Source: Tubiluchus corallicola (lineage: Eukaryota; Animalia; Priapulida). From it: DNA of 64,000 bases. Positions 1 through 14,300 of this stretch are shown here, piece by piece. Made by a program: the position numbers and the translations under genes. The DNA lies in assembly GCA_030141605.1 (NCBI GenBank), contig JAQGDQ010000006.1:1302001-1366000 (forward strand), read 5' to 3'. Under the pieces are notes generated by a model. The model made no database searches. It was not told the origin of the DNA and was given only the letters and a program-made list of their open reading frames with translations. Position 1 is the first letter of the stretch. The number at the start of each line of letters is the position of its first letter.

Positions 1-1354
1 TCATCTACACAGCATTATTCGGTAAGCAATGTTTAGTCCTATAAATACGTTTGGTGTGGCTGAGGCAAACGCCAATAAACATTTTTTAAATTAACACAGT
101 CGTTGGTGTTGCCGGAAGCAGCCCAGGAAGTCATAATGTCTCTGTGCGAAATTTTAGTTGTAGTATTATAACGATAAAATTCTGTAAAAAGACGTACTAA
201 AACGTATGGATAGAATATTGTTACCGTTTGCCTTTGTTTATTATTAAGTTGTCTCTAACACGGCCATGTTAACATATTTATTCAAATTGCCATGAGACTT
301 TAGACTACGATAACTGGCAAATAAATAATAAGCTTAAAAATGTGTTAAATTAGTCTAGAACATCAATTCTGTTTGTGTTTATATGTAATATAAATCATAA
401 AACTGTAAACATCACTGATAACGATGATGTCGATGATGGGCGATAATGATGATGAGGATGTCAATAACCGATGCGGCTTTACTGTTTAAAATGGAATCCA
501 TGTGACTTTTCTATAAAACTTCTGTGGCATCTTAAAGATGTCAGTAATGTCATTAGTGGGCTAAACGACGATAAAAACGGTACGCGTCTGTTTCTTTTCA
601 AATTCACCATGGATTTGTCATTTGATATTAAATCCGTAACTCTGTGCTTTAACCAAGAGGCGAATACAGGTAGACTGCTGGTAGAGACATAGGTAAAACA
701 CGTAAACAGTCAGTAGATACACAAAATAACAAATTAATAAATTCATTAAAGATCTAGACTAACGTAATCGTTAGCCAGTATCGCACAGCAAACAAGATAT
801 TAAATATGTTATAACAAGAGGCAGCGCAGAAGAGAAAGACGTAAAAAATTCTAGCTAAATTTAATTTTTCTGGTAGATAGACAGAGAGTAAGCAAAACCG
901 GACCCATCTTAAAGTGTAGGTCAAAAGAATCTACTCTGAAAATATTGAAAGGAAACATATTACTTTTTCCAAAAATTTTACGTGAAAGAATTATAAGAGC
1001 ACAGCGGTAAATTTGAAATGTGAATTTTTATCTTAAAACTTGCCTAGTTTTAGTACAACACACTGGATATGTTGCACTAGCACTGTACCTCAATTTTGGC
1101 TTTCGCAAGCACGTGCAACCTGCTCGTAGAATATTTTTGCTCCTGAAAATTATGTTAGTTCGTGATATCATCAATAGTTGGGCTCGCTCGCCGTTAATTA
1201 AGTTTTAAGTTTTTAATCTATTATTTAATTATCAGAAACGTTTTGTAGTATTAACTGTGTTAAAATGTATACTTATCATCGGATTTGAAAATAGGGTAGT
1301 ATGTGAAAAATCATCCTGCTGTCCTTTAAGATTGAAAGATTGACGGGTAAATGA

Positions 1355-1475
<121 letters not shown>

Positions 1476-4400
1476 ACATAGGTAATTATTTCACTTTTAT
1501 TTTTCCTCATTCTTATATTTTAAGTAACCACTTCACAGAGCATTCCAGACATCCAGTTCTTACTGCTTATAGGTCTACAGTACAGCGCATGGAAATTCTC
1601 ATCCTGTCACCTGCCGTCTGACTTATTTTCAAAGCTAGCAGCTGGCGGGCGTGGTGTCAATTTAATATGTGTTCATACAATAACAACTTTGTCTCTTCAA
1701 CGTTAGTTCAAATCGCCCACGAGTTGGCATAACAAGCTATTATATAAACATTTTCAATTTCAGCCCAAACTCTCTAGTTGGTGAAATGAAATTCAAAAAA
1801 AGGAAACTGAAACGCGACAGTGTCCGCATTTATATTGCCGCATATGATATTCATGGCACATGATACAATTTTTGCTCATGAGAATGACGTAAAGTAAACA
1901 AAATTGCAGTAGCCAAAAACTTTAGACACGTTTACTCGCACGATTTCTAACCGCAAAAACATGTATATCTTAGCTCGTCAATGTTTTTATAAATGAATCG
2001 AAAATGAAAAATCAGATAATTTGGATTTCTAAGCCACGTATATGTATAGGGTTATCCATATTAGCTAAAAGTTTGCAAGTGCCAAAAATTATTTACGTGG
2101 TCAGAAGATACTTATCTGTTAGTTTCAACATTTCCCATTTCTAAAAACGCAAAGACCATTGTAATTTGTAAAATCAGTCTGCAATTATACTGCTACTATC
2201 CGAAAGTCTCACAATTACGTTTATTGTAAATCTCTCAATGATTTAATGACTTACCCTTTTGTGGAGTGTATCTTAGTCAAAATTTACGAACGTGGAATCC
2301 CCTCAGCTTGCTTAGGTAAATCTATAACGAAAAATAAGATTGATACATACCAAGGCATCACAGTTTCCTTATAATCATTTATTTATTGATCTTTGTTATC
2401 AAGTTTTATTATAGCGGGATTTGAAATCTTATTAGATAACAACCATTCAACCTGATATCGCTTTCCTTAATGTCAATGTAACTTTCTGGGGGTAATGACT
2501 TCGCAAAATTGCCCAAAGCTGTAAATGATAAAGCAGACGAGATCATAAAATTTCAACTTCATCAAAACATTCCTAAGACAGATAAAAAATGCGCCACTGA
2601 CTGCACGTAATAAAATTTGTAAGCAGAAATTTGACAAGCTGGTTTTGTAGTTATGGATGCAATAATTACTGACACGCACTTCTGAATTTCAAAAATGATT
2701 TCATAAAGCTATTATAATTGTTAAACGAGTGTATAAATATGGACTCCATGCGGCGTTCGCTTGGTATATCTTCTTTATAAATTAGTTTAACCATACTTGG
2801 CGTACTGCCCCACTTAAACAAGAAACTACTTTCCAGCAAGTGGGTCACAAAATAGTGAAAATAACATGTTTCTGAGCATTTGCACATTTTCCAAGATTAA
2901 GCACTCGAGTGGTTTAGCAAAATGAACACTGTTGCACATTAAAGCGTTAATAATTAAACTAAAATACAATGACACTGACATTGCCAGAGTTTAAATAATG
3001 CACAGTTGTCAGTGGTATATCATCAGTTTGTCAGCATATTGTAATCTTGGTATAAGAACACAACTGTATTGAGATTGTACTGATTTCACGTTAACGTTAA
3101 TTAAAGCGACAACGATTAGGGCAAACTTATTTCTTCTAGAGATCTCCTAATCATTAGGTGTTGTCTTGACTTCTTTTACATAGTTTGCAATTGGGCCAAA
3201 ATGGGAATCAAAATGGGCCAAAATTTCAGCGCCTCTCATGGAGAAATTCCAAAAAAATGCGATTATAAAAATGATCGATTCTTCTCAAGTACAAAACTAA
3301 AAATACAGAAAGATTTTTTAAATGAAACACAGAACAGGAGGGTGAGGTTGCAGTACGTTTTTAAACATCAAACTTCTCCTGCTGCTAGATTTTACACGCG
3401 TTTCTTATGTACTTCAGCATCTGAAAATAAGTAATACTGATCTGGTTAGTAAATGGATTGGAGACCGAGGCAGGAAAACTGCTTCTCAGTGGTGTGATTG
3501 CCATATTGTTCCGTTATTCACAACTACCTTTACCTGTCGGTTAAACGTTCCTCCACAATGGAGCCAAGTGGGCTTGTGTTTTAACAGGCAGGAACGCTTA
3601 GATGAATAAGAAATAATTTGCTAGTAAATCAGACTGTTCTGTGAAAAAACGAAATAATAGCGTGTAGTATCGCTGTATTTTTACAACGTGAGTATTATTA
3701 CAATTGTAACAACACGGTAAAACAGGTTCAGAAACTATTCACAAGGTGGTTTAATTTTTACTTTCACTTTTCGTAACACGTTTTCGTAATTACAGTCCAA
3801 CATAAAAAATTAATACTTAACTGATTTGTCAGACCACAGGTCAAGCAAAACTATTCTAGGTAGTCTTTTACATAGTTCAATTATATTTCAATTTAAGTAT
3901 GCATAATAAATACACGTGCACGCGCATTTACTTCTTTATTCACGGCATAATGCCTATGGCTGTAAAAGCTTGGAATCGGTATTATCATCTGACAAACGTT
4001 TGTACAGCAAACTTTAATCATTATAGCTGCCGACAACCTAAAGTTCCAAGTAACAAAGAAGATGACACTAACAATCGTCATACCTTAGCCAGGTGTCACT
4101 TTGTCTGTCAGCATTTATTGCGACTAAACCGGATTCCGACTTATCTTCTAGGGTGGTTTGTTAATGCAATGCTTGTACCAAGGTCCCTGGAGATTTAATG
4201 ATTGTGGATTTACATAAACCCTCATCATGCGAGAATAGTAAATAAGAACAAGAGAAACCCCAGACATTCGCCAGCCAAAAGATGGGCGGAAAAATTAGAT
4301 TCGTGTTGACTGTTAGAGATAAATTTTCAAATAGGTAAATTTTAAGATACATAAACTTTAAAAAAGACAAAGACACTCATTTTCAGACGCGGTGACAGCA

Positions 4401-5356
4401 GGGAACATTACTATAACGACTCTTAAAGGACATCTTTCAGGCGCTAGTGCCCGTCGAACTAGAGAATGACGACATGCATGTACCAACGAAAAATTAGAGG
4501 CACGAACGCGAAATTGCGTTTGTGCGGTAATAATTCTTTCACTCAAGGCATTCTGAAAAAAGTAGTATGTCTCCTTTCAATATTTTAAAGAGTACATTAT
4601 TTTGACTTACAGTTTAAGGTTGGGCCCGGTTTTGCTTTAACCAACACAGCAACACCGTCACCTTAGTTATCACCACCTCCACACCAATGCGATTTGGCAC
4701 ACTGCAAGTTGGAAACCAGCTTTCCACACTGACATTTGTGGTGAGACCAAACTTAGTTCAGAGATTTATAAGCCTTTAAGTCTAAAATGAGCCACTGAAC
4801 TGACAGAAGTACCCAGTCGAGCAGCTACTTTCGTATATATATATATAGCTTTATGAAGTAAACTTCCACAATAAATATAGCGAATGAAACCGCTTGGAGC
4901 AGGAACTGAAGGTCCTTACCCATCTATTCACTGACCAGCCTCGGGATTGCTCAATTTTGGCCACCAAGCAGATATGTGTGACCACTCGACTATTCATCTC
5001 AAAAGTTCTGTTTGCAGTAATAAATGGTCGATATTGTTTTTTGCTGCTGTGGTGGTGGTAGCATTGTAATTTTTCATCATGATCATAATTGTCACTGCCC
5101 AATGCCCACAGAAAGCATTATTAACATAATTAACAATAGAAGTAATTAAATAGTAAAAGTAATTAAGTTTTTGTTGTTATTATGGTTGTTTTTGTTTCTG
5201 GTTGGGCTTTGACTTTGCAATTGTTGTCATACTTGCAAATGCTGTTGTTACTTATTATGTAGTATTTTTGCTACAATTATTGTAGTAAGTGAAAACAATG
5301 TTTATATTGTTGGTATATTTAACAGGATCTGACTTTGCTCAATATTAGAACTCAAC

Positions 5357-8300
5357 ATGCCTGTGGACAGTTTTGACCATACGCCAAATGGCAACAATTC
5401 CTCCCAAACTGGAAATGGAAAAAGTATTGATGATTCGGGAAAACACTCTCCCACAGAAAGTAGTGCCGCATCTGAAACTGACAGTGGACTTGGACACAGC
5501 AAAAATTCGCCACAGTATCAAAACTGGACACTAAATGGAACAAAAGGAGAAGACAATCCTTGTTTTATAGTAGATGAAAAGAGCAATGAAAAACCCAAAG
5601 AATATTTTTTACCTGTGTCTCAAGCATCGCCAACAAAGAAAGACAAGTGAGTATCTACAATCTTATTTTGTACATAGCTATATTTCATACAGGACTCGCA
5701 TAACAATAAAAAGGGGCAAAGCTTGACAAGTGGCAAAACCAGTACAAAAATTACACTAAAGCAATAGACATGGACAAGCTCAAGCAGAGTGGAATAGACA
5801 ACAGGACAGGACAGAAAAATAAAACAGAGGCAGCTAGAAGAGTCAGAACAAAAAAAAAACAGGGCAGCACAAAACATTTGTCAATTGGAAAGGTAAGGTT
5901 CAAATAAGAGTCCATAGAAAAAATGTCAAGGTCACATCATTTTAATTAGATGAGGTTAGACAAGGACAGAATGTATTCTGAATCAACTGAGTAGAATAAA
6001 ATTACAGGACAGTTTATAGTAATGGAAAATGATTATATGTGGGTCATAAGATAAGAAGTACAGAATGAGGTAGGACAGGAAAAGATAAAATATGAGAAAG
6101 TAGAGTCGAAGTGGAAACAGTAAGACAAAAATTGGAAAATTTGTCTCAGAAAGGCAAATTATAATGGGGTAAAAGAACTGATTAAGAGACAACAGAATTT
6201 TTTTTTCAAAAAAGGAAACTGTGCTTCTTTAGGAAAGGGTTAAATGGATAAGAGCTCTTTCAAACTATTAAGAAACTTATTCTGACACTGATGTGGTCCA
6301 GATATTTTGTTCACTGATTGTAGGAGTATAACTGAATTGATATTGTCAACACTTATAACAAACAGTCAAATTATCTTGCCAATGTGTGTTTTTCTGCATT
6401 TTTGGTCTATTTGAGATAATAACAAAAATGCTTTACCTGGACGAACTGTTCTGCTAAGTGATTCATTCAGCCAATTCAAGATTAAGAGAACTAAGAGAAC
6501 ATTTAAAGATTGAAACTCATTGCTTTAAAATTTTTAATGATATGAATGGTGTTTTAATGCATTGGGCAATGTAGATAGTAGTTTATGTACTTCATACAAG
6601 AAAAGAGGAGACATGAGAAAGCAGAGTCAAATTGGGCAGGGTGGGTTACATTATAGTATATTTGGCACATACAGGGTGTACAAAAATGAACTCTTCTCAA
6701 AAATGCCATAGAGAAAAGAATCTAAATTTAACATGGCAAAATAGAAATATTTTGTTATTTATCCATTATTTTTGTTAGCCAGAAAGTACAAAAAAAATAA
6801 ACATTTTAGGCTTGATATCATCATTAAGCCTGTAAAAATAAAAAAAAACTATATATTAGTATGATTATATTGTATTTATAGAGATGTTCATTTTATTTTA
6901 TTCATTTACTCATATATTTTATTCTATTATTTTGACATCAGTTTTTCTTAGCAATTTGTTATTCGGAAACTCCCTCATCAGTCTTTTTGCGCTACATCCC
7001 TTATCAATCCTGTAGTGTTTAATAATTATTTTGTCCCCTTCTGTAAACAGCTAAGTTTATTTTTTAAAATTTGGAAATTCAACGAAACAAAATAAAATAA
7101 ATGAGTAAATGAATAAAATAAAAGTAGCACATCCATAAGGACAATATAATCGTAGTAATAATTATCTAGTTTTTTCATTTTATGTGCTTGACGACAATAT
7201 CAAGCACAAAACGTTTACTTTTTCCACTTTTTTCAGCAAAAATTAGTGGGTTTTAGCAAAACAAGTGCCAAAGTGTTTCTAGTTTACCCTGTTCCCTTTG
7301 AAAAGCGCTTACTTTTTTGTGTCCACCCATTACAATTAATAGTATGTATGTGGATATGTAGCATATCGAGTATATTTAGATATCTGTCCATTCTTATAAT
7401 ACAGGCAGTTTAAATCCTTTTTATTGTTGTATTTTAGGGAATATCAAGTGAATGAAGAAGAACATAAAATAACATTTACAAAAACAAGGCGTTGGTCACT
7501 GTTGATAATTGCCGGCATTATTTTTGTGATTTTGGTAGCTTTATTTCTAGCAGCAGTGTACATAGCAGGTATGCCACTAATTTGTGTACAAATTAGGTGA
7601 AAATAGGGGTAGAACTTTTGACAAATATAATCTTGAATATGAGATTAAAAGTTTGAATGGACTAAAATTAGACTAGAACATGAATGTAAATATCCTAAAC
7701 TGTTAAGTATTTGTCTAATCTAGTCTAACTTGCCAAGCTTAAGAGGTAGGCCTATACAACTAGAGTCATGAAGCTGACAATTAAGAACTGTAGGTATGAA
7801 ATTTCTAACACTAAATTTGTGTTCGATTTACATATTATCTTATTAAAAATTCAGCACGTTTAATTGTACACTTAATATGTACGTTCATTTTTATTTTTCT
7901 ACTTAGTTATTTTTAATTCAGTTATTAATTATATGATTTTTTCCTTTGATTTCAAATTCACATTGCATTTGCATTACTGACTGTTATAGATATAACGCAT
8001 TTGCTATTATGCAAAAATTGAAAGCTTCAAATACACGAATTCTCAATAATAAAATAATGAACCTAGTTTAGTAAGTCTCAATTGTCAAACACAAGAGGTT
8101 CTAAACAATAAACGCACATGAACGAAAACCTTGAAACGATTTTGGTAGCTGTGTCTGTTTAGCTGCTTCTGGCTAAGTTTTACAAAATAAATCACACGGA
8201 AAATGACATTTTGATGGTGGTCGTCAATTAGCTATGGTATTGCTTTTCCGCCTACTGTAGGAGTGTGGATAGCAAAAAATTGGATAAAAAATTACAATTG

Positions 8301-11300
8301 GTTAAAAACAACCCACTAAATACGAAAAATATCTTAAACAATTTTTAGCTACACTGATATGTCCGTAACAATTCTGCTAAACAGTTAAGAAAATCTATAC
8401 TGTTCACCATGCACAGCTAGCTGCTGTACAATCTAGTAAATCTAGAGCTCAGTATTTACTAAGCAGGATGTTGGCACTGACTGACAGTGCAGAGAATAAC
8501 AATAGTTATTGTACCATACATATATGCAGGGGTTCCTTGTAGTGATAACACAACCATATCTTACAGTATAGGTTTGGTTATTGTACTCTAGTATACAGTC
8601 TCAGAATGACCAAACTGGCCACTATCAAATCCTTACAAGAAAGACTACATATTTCAAGTTAAATTGAATTATTTTAAGAAATATGTTTTTCCAAGCCATT
8701 TGCATAAGTAAAAGAATGCAGTTTCATAAACTCAGAAGCATTTGGCAAATAAATGTAATTCATATAGAAACACTTTGGAAAAAAATGGTGTACTCTTTTT
8801 CATTAGGGCATGTATTCTTGGTGTAATATGCAAGGTTTTAAATACATGACTATACTTTAGTTGGTTTGAAGATGGGCAAACAAAGTTCAGTTACTTCACC
8901 TTTAACACAAAGGGATCCAAGAATTGGTAAGTAAACAAATAGATATTAACATAAAAATATTCTGCCTTATATCAATCAAAACTTCATAGCCAAATTACAA
9001 GTATAATTTTTAGCATCAAACAATGCGAAACTGTTAATGGCCATCAATGGCACGTCACCTGTACTATAAATGCACTCAACTATAACCTTTAGCCGCAACA
9101 GTAATGACCTTCTCTACATCTCTAAGCTATCATAGTTTTCCATTAGGTAAATTATCTACTATTGTTCCCAGTTACATGAGTTAAAAATAGGGAAAACTGC
9201 TACTGTTATTTATATAATTTATAATAATATTTCAGAGGATGTATTAGTAGGGGAAATGACAATAGAGAATTTAAATTATCAACCAGAATACAAGAACCCT
9301 GAGTCAAAACAATATAAGCAACTCGAAGCTAAAGTGAAAACAGGGGTAAGTATAAAAAATCTGATAAAGGTTTTGAAAGATGCAATGCTAAATTCGTAAC
9401 TGAGGTAAAACCATTTGACTGTTCTAAAAGCTTAGTCAAACAGCATAAGTGACACTTCAGCACCACTAATGCAGTTTGTGAAAATAACGACAACACGACA
9501 TGCAAAAGTTTCACTTGCTTATTTTATCTGCCTATTCTCTCTCTTTCTCTTATTAGTGATGTTGACCTTGGCCAATTGGTTTTAACACATATTTTAACGT
9601 CACTTAGAGTACTAAACCATACTGCAAAAAATTTTCAGCTTAAAGTATTCCAAGCACAGCACTCATTCAGATTCATAGCTATGTTTTTGTAAAACTTTAC
9701 AAAACTCCACATCTGGGAAGGAGTTCACAATCTTACCTCACAGGAACAGTTGCGTTTCTCAAAAACAACCTGAAAAATTGGTGAAGAACATGACCCTAAT
9801 TGAAAGAAGTTCAAAGTTTACATTTAATTTACTGAAATAATACACTGTTTTAGTAATGTAAATTTTTGCAAATTATATAGTAAGAAAAGCATCCCATTGT
9901 GCCATACCATTTTAAAACCTGCTAGTATAATAATGTTCAAAAATATTTTTACTACTTGGCAATGATACTGAATTGTAGGTAGGGTATTACCAAATATTTT
10001 GATAATGAGTAAGTGACACAATGCAAGCCCTCAATAGAATTCTCGTTCTGCATGAGCAGTGAATAACAGACATACTCTAATCTTAAACACACAAGTATAA
10101 ATTTGTTTGCGTAAATGTTGTTTGTACAAATTCTGTTTTGCAGATTAAAGAAGCATTGAGCTACGATCCACATCTAAATATAATTGATGATATACATATA
10201 TTGGAGTTCAGGTGCTAACATTTGACAAAATATACATTATTGTGAAATATTGTGAAAGTAATATTACTATAAGTTTTCAAATCAACCTTAAAATATTATA
10301 ACCTACTCCATACTTTTTAAGGAATGCCAAGTTAACAATATCAGATTTGATTAATTTGTGGAGCCGATGAGATTTAGCTATGATGCTAAACAGAAGTGCA
10401 TTTTTATAACTTATCCTACCTTGTGTAATATCATACAGGCCAGGCAGTGTGAAGACGAGGTTCGCAGCCAGAGTTAAGTCACCTCAAGAAGTAGATGCTG
10501 TAAGCCTGGAAACTGCCATAGCAGAAGCTCTTATTAAGTATGCAGAGAAAAATGATAACAATATAGGAGATCTGCAAACAAAACTCGACTTTGCTGTGAC
10601 TACAGAAGGTGAGTTTGTCCAGCAACAGTAAAAAGAATAATACGGGAAACAATTGGGCATGGGGGGGAGTAGTTTTACCCTGCGATCCAGGTTTTTTGTT
10701 GTAGAATGTGTACTTTACAAATAAGAGAGTTGCTAGCTGATGTTAAGCCTATTTACAGACAGTGCTAATGTTATTGTGAATGTGAAAAGAAATAGAAGAG
10801 ATACAATAAAAAGGAGAAAAGACGGTTACAGTACAGGAAAGGTAAATGTCCGGAATTCCACATTCTACTTTGGTTTCCAGTGTATGTTTTGCTGTGAATA
10901 GTGAGCAAAAATTCAACAAAAATCGTCATAATTTAATAATTTTATTACTCTGGATTAAATTTTTAAATTAGTGAATTAAATTTTTTTGAAATTCTGCCAG
11001 AAAGAAGGGAATTAAAAATTATATTTTTCCCTCAAAATATCTCAGTCCTTTCAGAATAGGGTTTGAGCAGAAAAACAAACTATAGAAAAACTGTTATGCA
11101 GGCAAGCAACCATTCATATTGCACTACGCAGAAAATTTGTATTACAAAAAATTTGAGCAGTTTTTTGACATTAAACTTGAGATCAATAATTTAAATTTAC
11201 TTTGGAGAATACCTGCAGAAAAATGAGTTGGTGCCCAAGATTTTGCGCCAGACTTCAAATGAGGTACTTTCCAGTGTTCTACAGATCCTGCAGTTGGTTG

Positions 11301-14300
11301 CACACACAGCTCTATAAGATACTATATGCCACTGAAAAGTATATGCCAAAAGCATACAAATGTGCTTGTGTGAAGCACTCGATGAATGCCTAAAAAACTC
11401 GCAAAATCATAAAATTATGACAAGCGACGTAGGCCTAAACTTTATGACTCTAGGTTACAATCCAAGACATCAACCAAGGTGAGATGTGGTCTCTCCAATG
11501 GAAACTGTCAACATGATTTGAATTCCATTCTGTGTATTTGCTACCGGATATATGTTCAGCTAGCAACTGCTTTGAAGACATATACAGCACTTTTAAAAAT
11601 GACCAACAGAGTCACTTGTATTCCATCTAATTACAAAATGTAACCAATTATTTTGAAGAATGACATGCTTGATTTATCTACATAATTTCAGACAACTTTC
11701 ACTGATTAATCCTAAAATCCATCATTCTAAGGAGAAATATACCCACGCAGACCAATTTCATTATTCTAAAGATGTATCAATAGTAAGAAATGAACACTGA
11801 AAATCGTTGCTTTTGAAGGTTTCAAACATATTTTGCACTCGCATATTACTTTATGTTCAGAAAGATCCAGGATGACTTAACGTGATGTGGCACAGTTACT
11901 GTTATCTTTACTATTTCTTTGGTTAAAGCCACCAACAAATTAGTTGGCTAAAGAAATATAGGTGGTGACTGTAAGTGTCAAGTCGACTATTCCTGAAAAA
12001 AAATCTTGATGTAGTTTTTTGTTTCAGAGTTTTTTAATGAATGCAAAATGAACAATGGAAACTGCAGTAACACATGCACTTGGATATTTGCTACAAACAA
12101 TTACATATGTGACTGTCCACCTGGCTATCAACTAAACCGAAATGGAAGAACTTGTGATGGTAAGAGGATGACTTAAATATGAATAGCAATAGTAATCTAA
12201 ATCTAAAGAATCACAATCTTAACTTCATGCATAATAATTTGTATTGTTGTAATTAAACCACAAATTTTTGAAGCATTCGACATAAAGCATTGTTGACCTG
12301 GTAGCTACAGCCACTGCCAGATGTCGTAAGCTACTACAGTGCATTCATCCACCGTGTGCAATTTCATCCACTGCTGGTACTTACGTATGAATAATGAAAC
12401 TGAACTGGTAGGTCAGGTTTCAAGAGATAATAAGCTTTCTAATTTGAACAACTATAGCATCTTACAGCCAGTCTTGACTAACTACTTTGCTTCTAATGTA
12501 ACCAAACATTACATACAGCAAAAAATTGTAGTTTTCTCAATTTCCTATAATTTTATTCTGAAATTTACTGAGTTAAAACATAAATCTATTTTCAGAAGCT
12601 CCAGAACCAACTACTTCTACACAAAGAACACCAGAGCCAACTACTTCATCTGAACCACAACCAGAACCAACCACTTCTACTGAGCCAGCACCAGAACCAA
12701 CTACTTCCACTGAGCCAACACCAGAACCAACCACTTCTACTGAACCACCACCAGAACCAACCACTTTGTCCGAACCAACACCAGAACCAACTACTTCTAC
12801 TGAGCCAACACCAGAACCAACCACTTCGTCTGAACCAACTCCAGAACTGACAACTTCTGCTGAACCAGCACCAGAACCAACCACTTCTACTGAACCAGCA
12901 CCAGAACTGACCACTTCTACTGAACCAACACCAGAACCGAAGACTTCTACTGAGCCAACACCAGAACCAACCACTTCTACTGAACCAGCACCAGAACCGA
13001 CCACTTCTACTGAACCAACACCAGAACCAAAGACTTCTACTCAGCCAACATCAGAACCAACCACTTCGTCTGAGCCAACACCAGAAACAACAACTGCTAC
13101 TGAACCAACACCAGAACCAACTACTTCGTCTGAACCAACACCAGAACTAACAACTTCTACTGAGCCAGCACCAGAACCAACCACTTCTACTGAACCAACA
13201 TCAGAACCAACCACTTCTACTGAACCAGCACCAGAACCAACCACTTCTACTGAGCCAGCAACAGAACCAACCACTTCTACTGAACCAACATCAGAACCAA
13301 CCACTTCTGCTGAACCAGCACCAGAACCAACCACTTCTACTGAGCCAGCACCAGAACCAACCACTTCTACTGAACCAACATCAGAACCAACCACTTCTGC
13401 TGAACCAGCACCAGAACCAACCACTTTGTCTGAACCAACACCAGAACCAACTACTTCTACTGAGCCAACACCAGAACCAACCACTTCGTCTGAACCAACA
13501 CCAGAACTGACAACTTCTGCTGAACCAGCACCAGAACCAACCACTTCTACTGAACCAGCACCAGAACCGACCACTTCTACTGAACCAACACCAGAACCAA
13601 AGACTTCTACTGAGCCAACACCAGAAACAACCATTTCTACTGAACCAGTACCAGAACCAACCACTTCTACTGAACCAACACCAGAACCAGTGACTTCCAC
13701 TGAGCCAACGCTACAGCTAACCACTTCTACTGAGCCAGCACCAGAACCAAACACTTCTGCTGAACCAACACCAGAACAAACCACTTCAACTGAACCAGCA
13801 CCTGAGCCAACCACTTCTGAGCCAACACCAGAACCAACCACTTCATCCGAACCAACACCAGAACCAACCACTTCTACTGAACCAACACCAGAACCAACCA
13901 CTTCATCCGAACCAACACCAGAACCAACCACTTCTGCTGAACCAGCACCAGAACCAACCACTTTGTCTGAACCAACACCAGAACCAACTACTTCTACTGA
14001 GCCAACACCAGAACCAACCACTTCGTCTGAACCAACACCAGAACTGACAACTTCTGCTGAACCAGCAGCAGAACCAACCACTTCTACTGAACCAGCACCA
14101 GAACCGACCACTTCTACTGAACCAACACCAGAACCAAAGACTTCTACTGAGCCAACACCAGAACCAACCACTTCTAGTGAACCAGCACCAGAACCGACCA
14201 CTTCTTCTAGCTTTTCCTTTCCAGTCCACACTGGAAGTCCAGAAGAATGTGCACCAGGTAAGTATAATATGATGGTGCTGAAACTTTACGGAATAATCCA

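Noticed and set aside
6955-6990. Hammerhead-like core on the minus strand (CTGATGA-GGGAGTTTCC-GAATA)
   Set aside because: GAAA is altered to GAAT, and I could not form stems I and III or an NUH cleavage site.
12601-14208. 30-bp periodic array as a CRISPR-like locus
   Set aside because: Head-to-tail units with no unique spacers, in a eukaryotic exon, with no cas genes.
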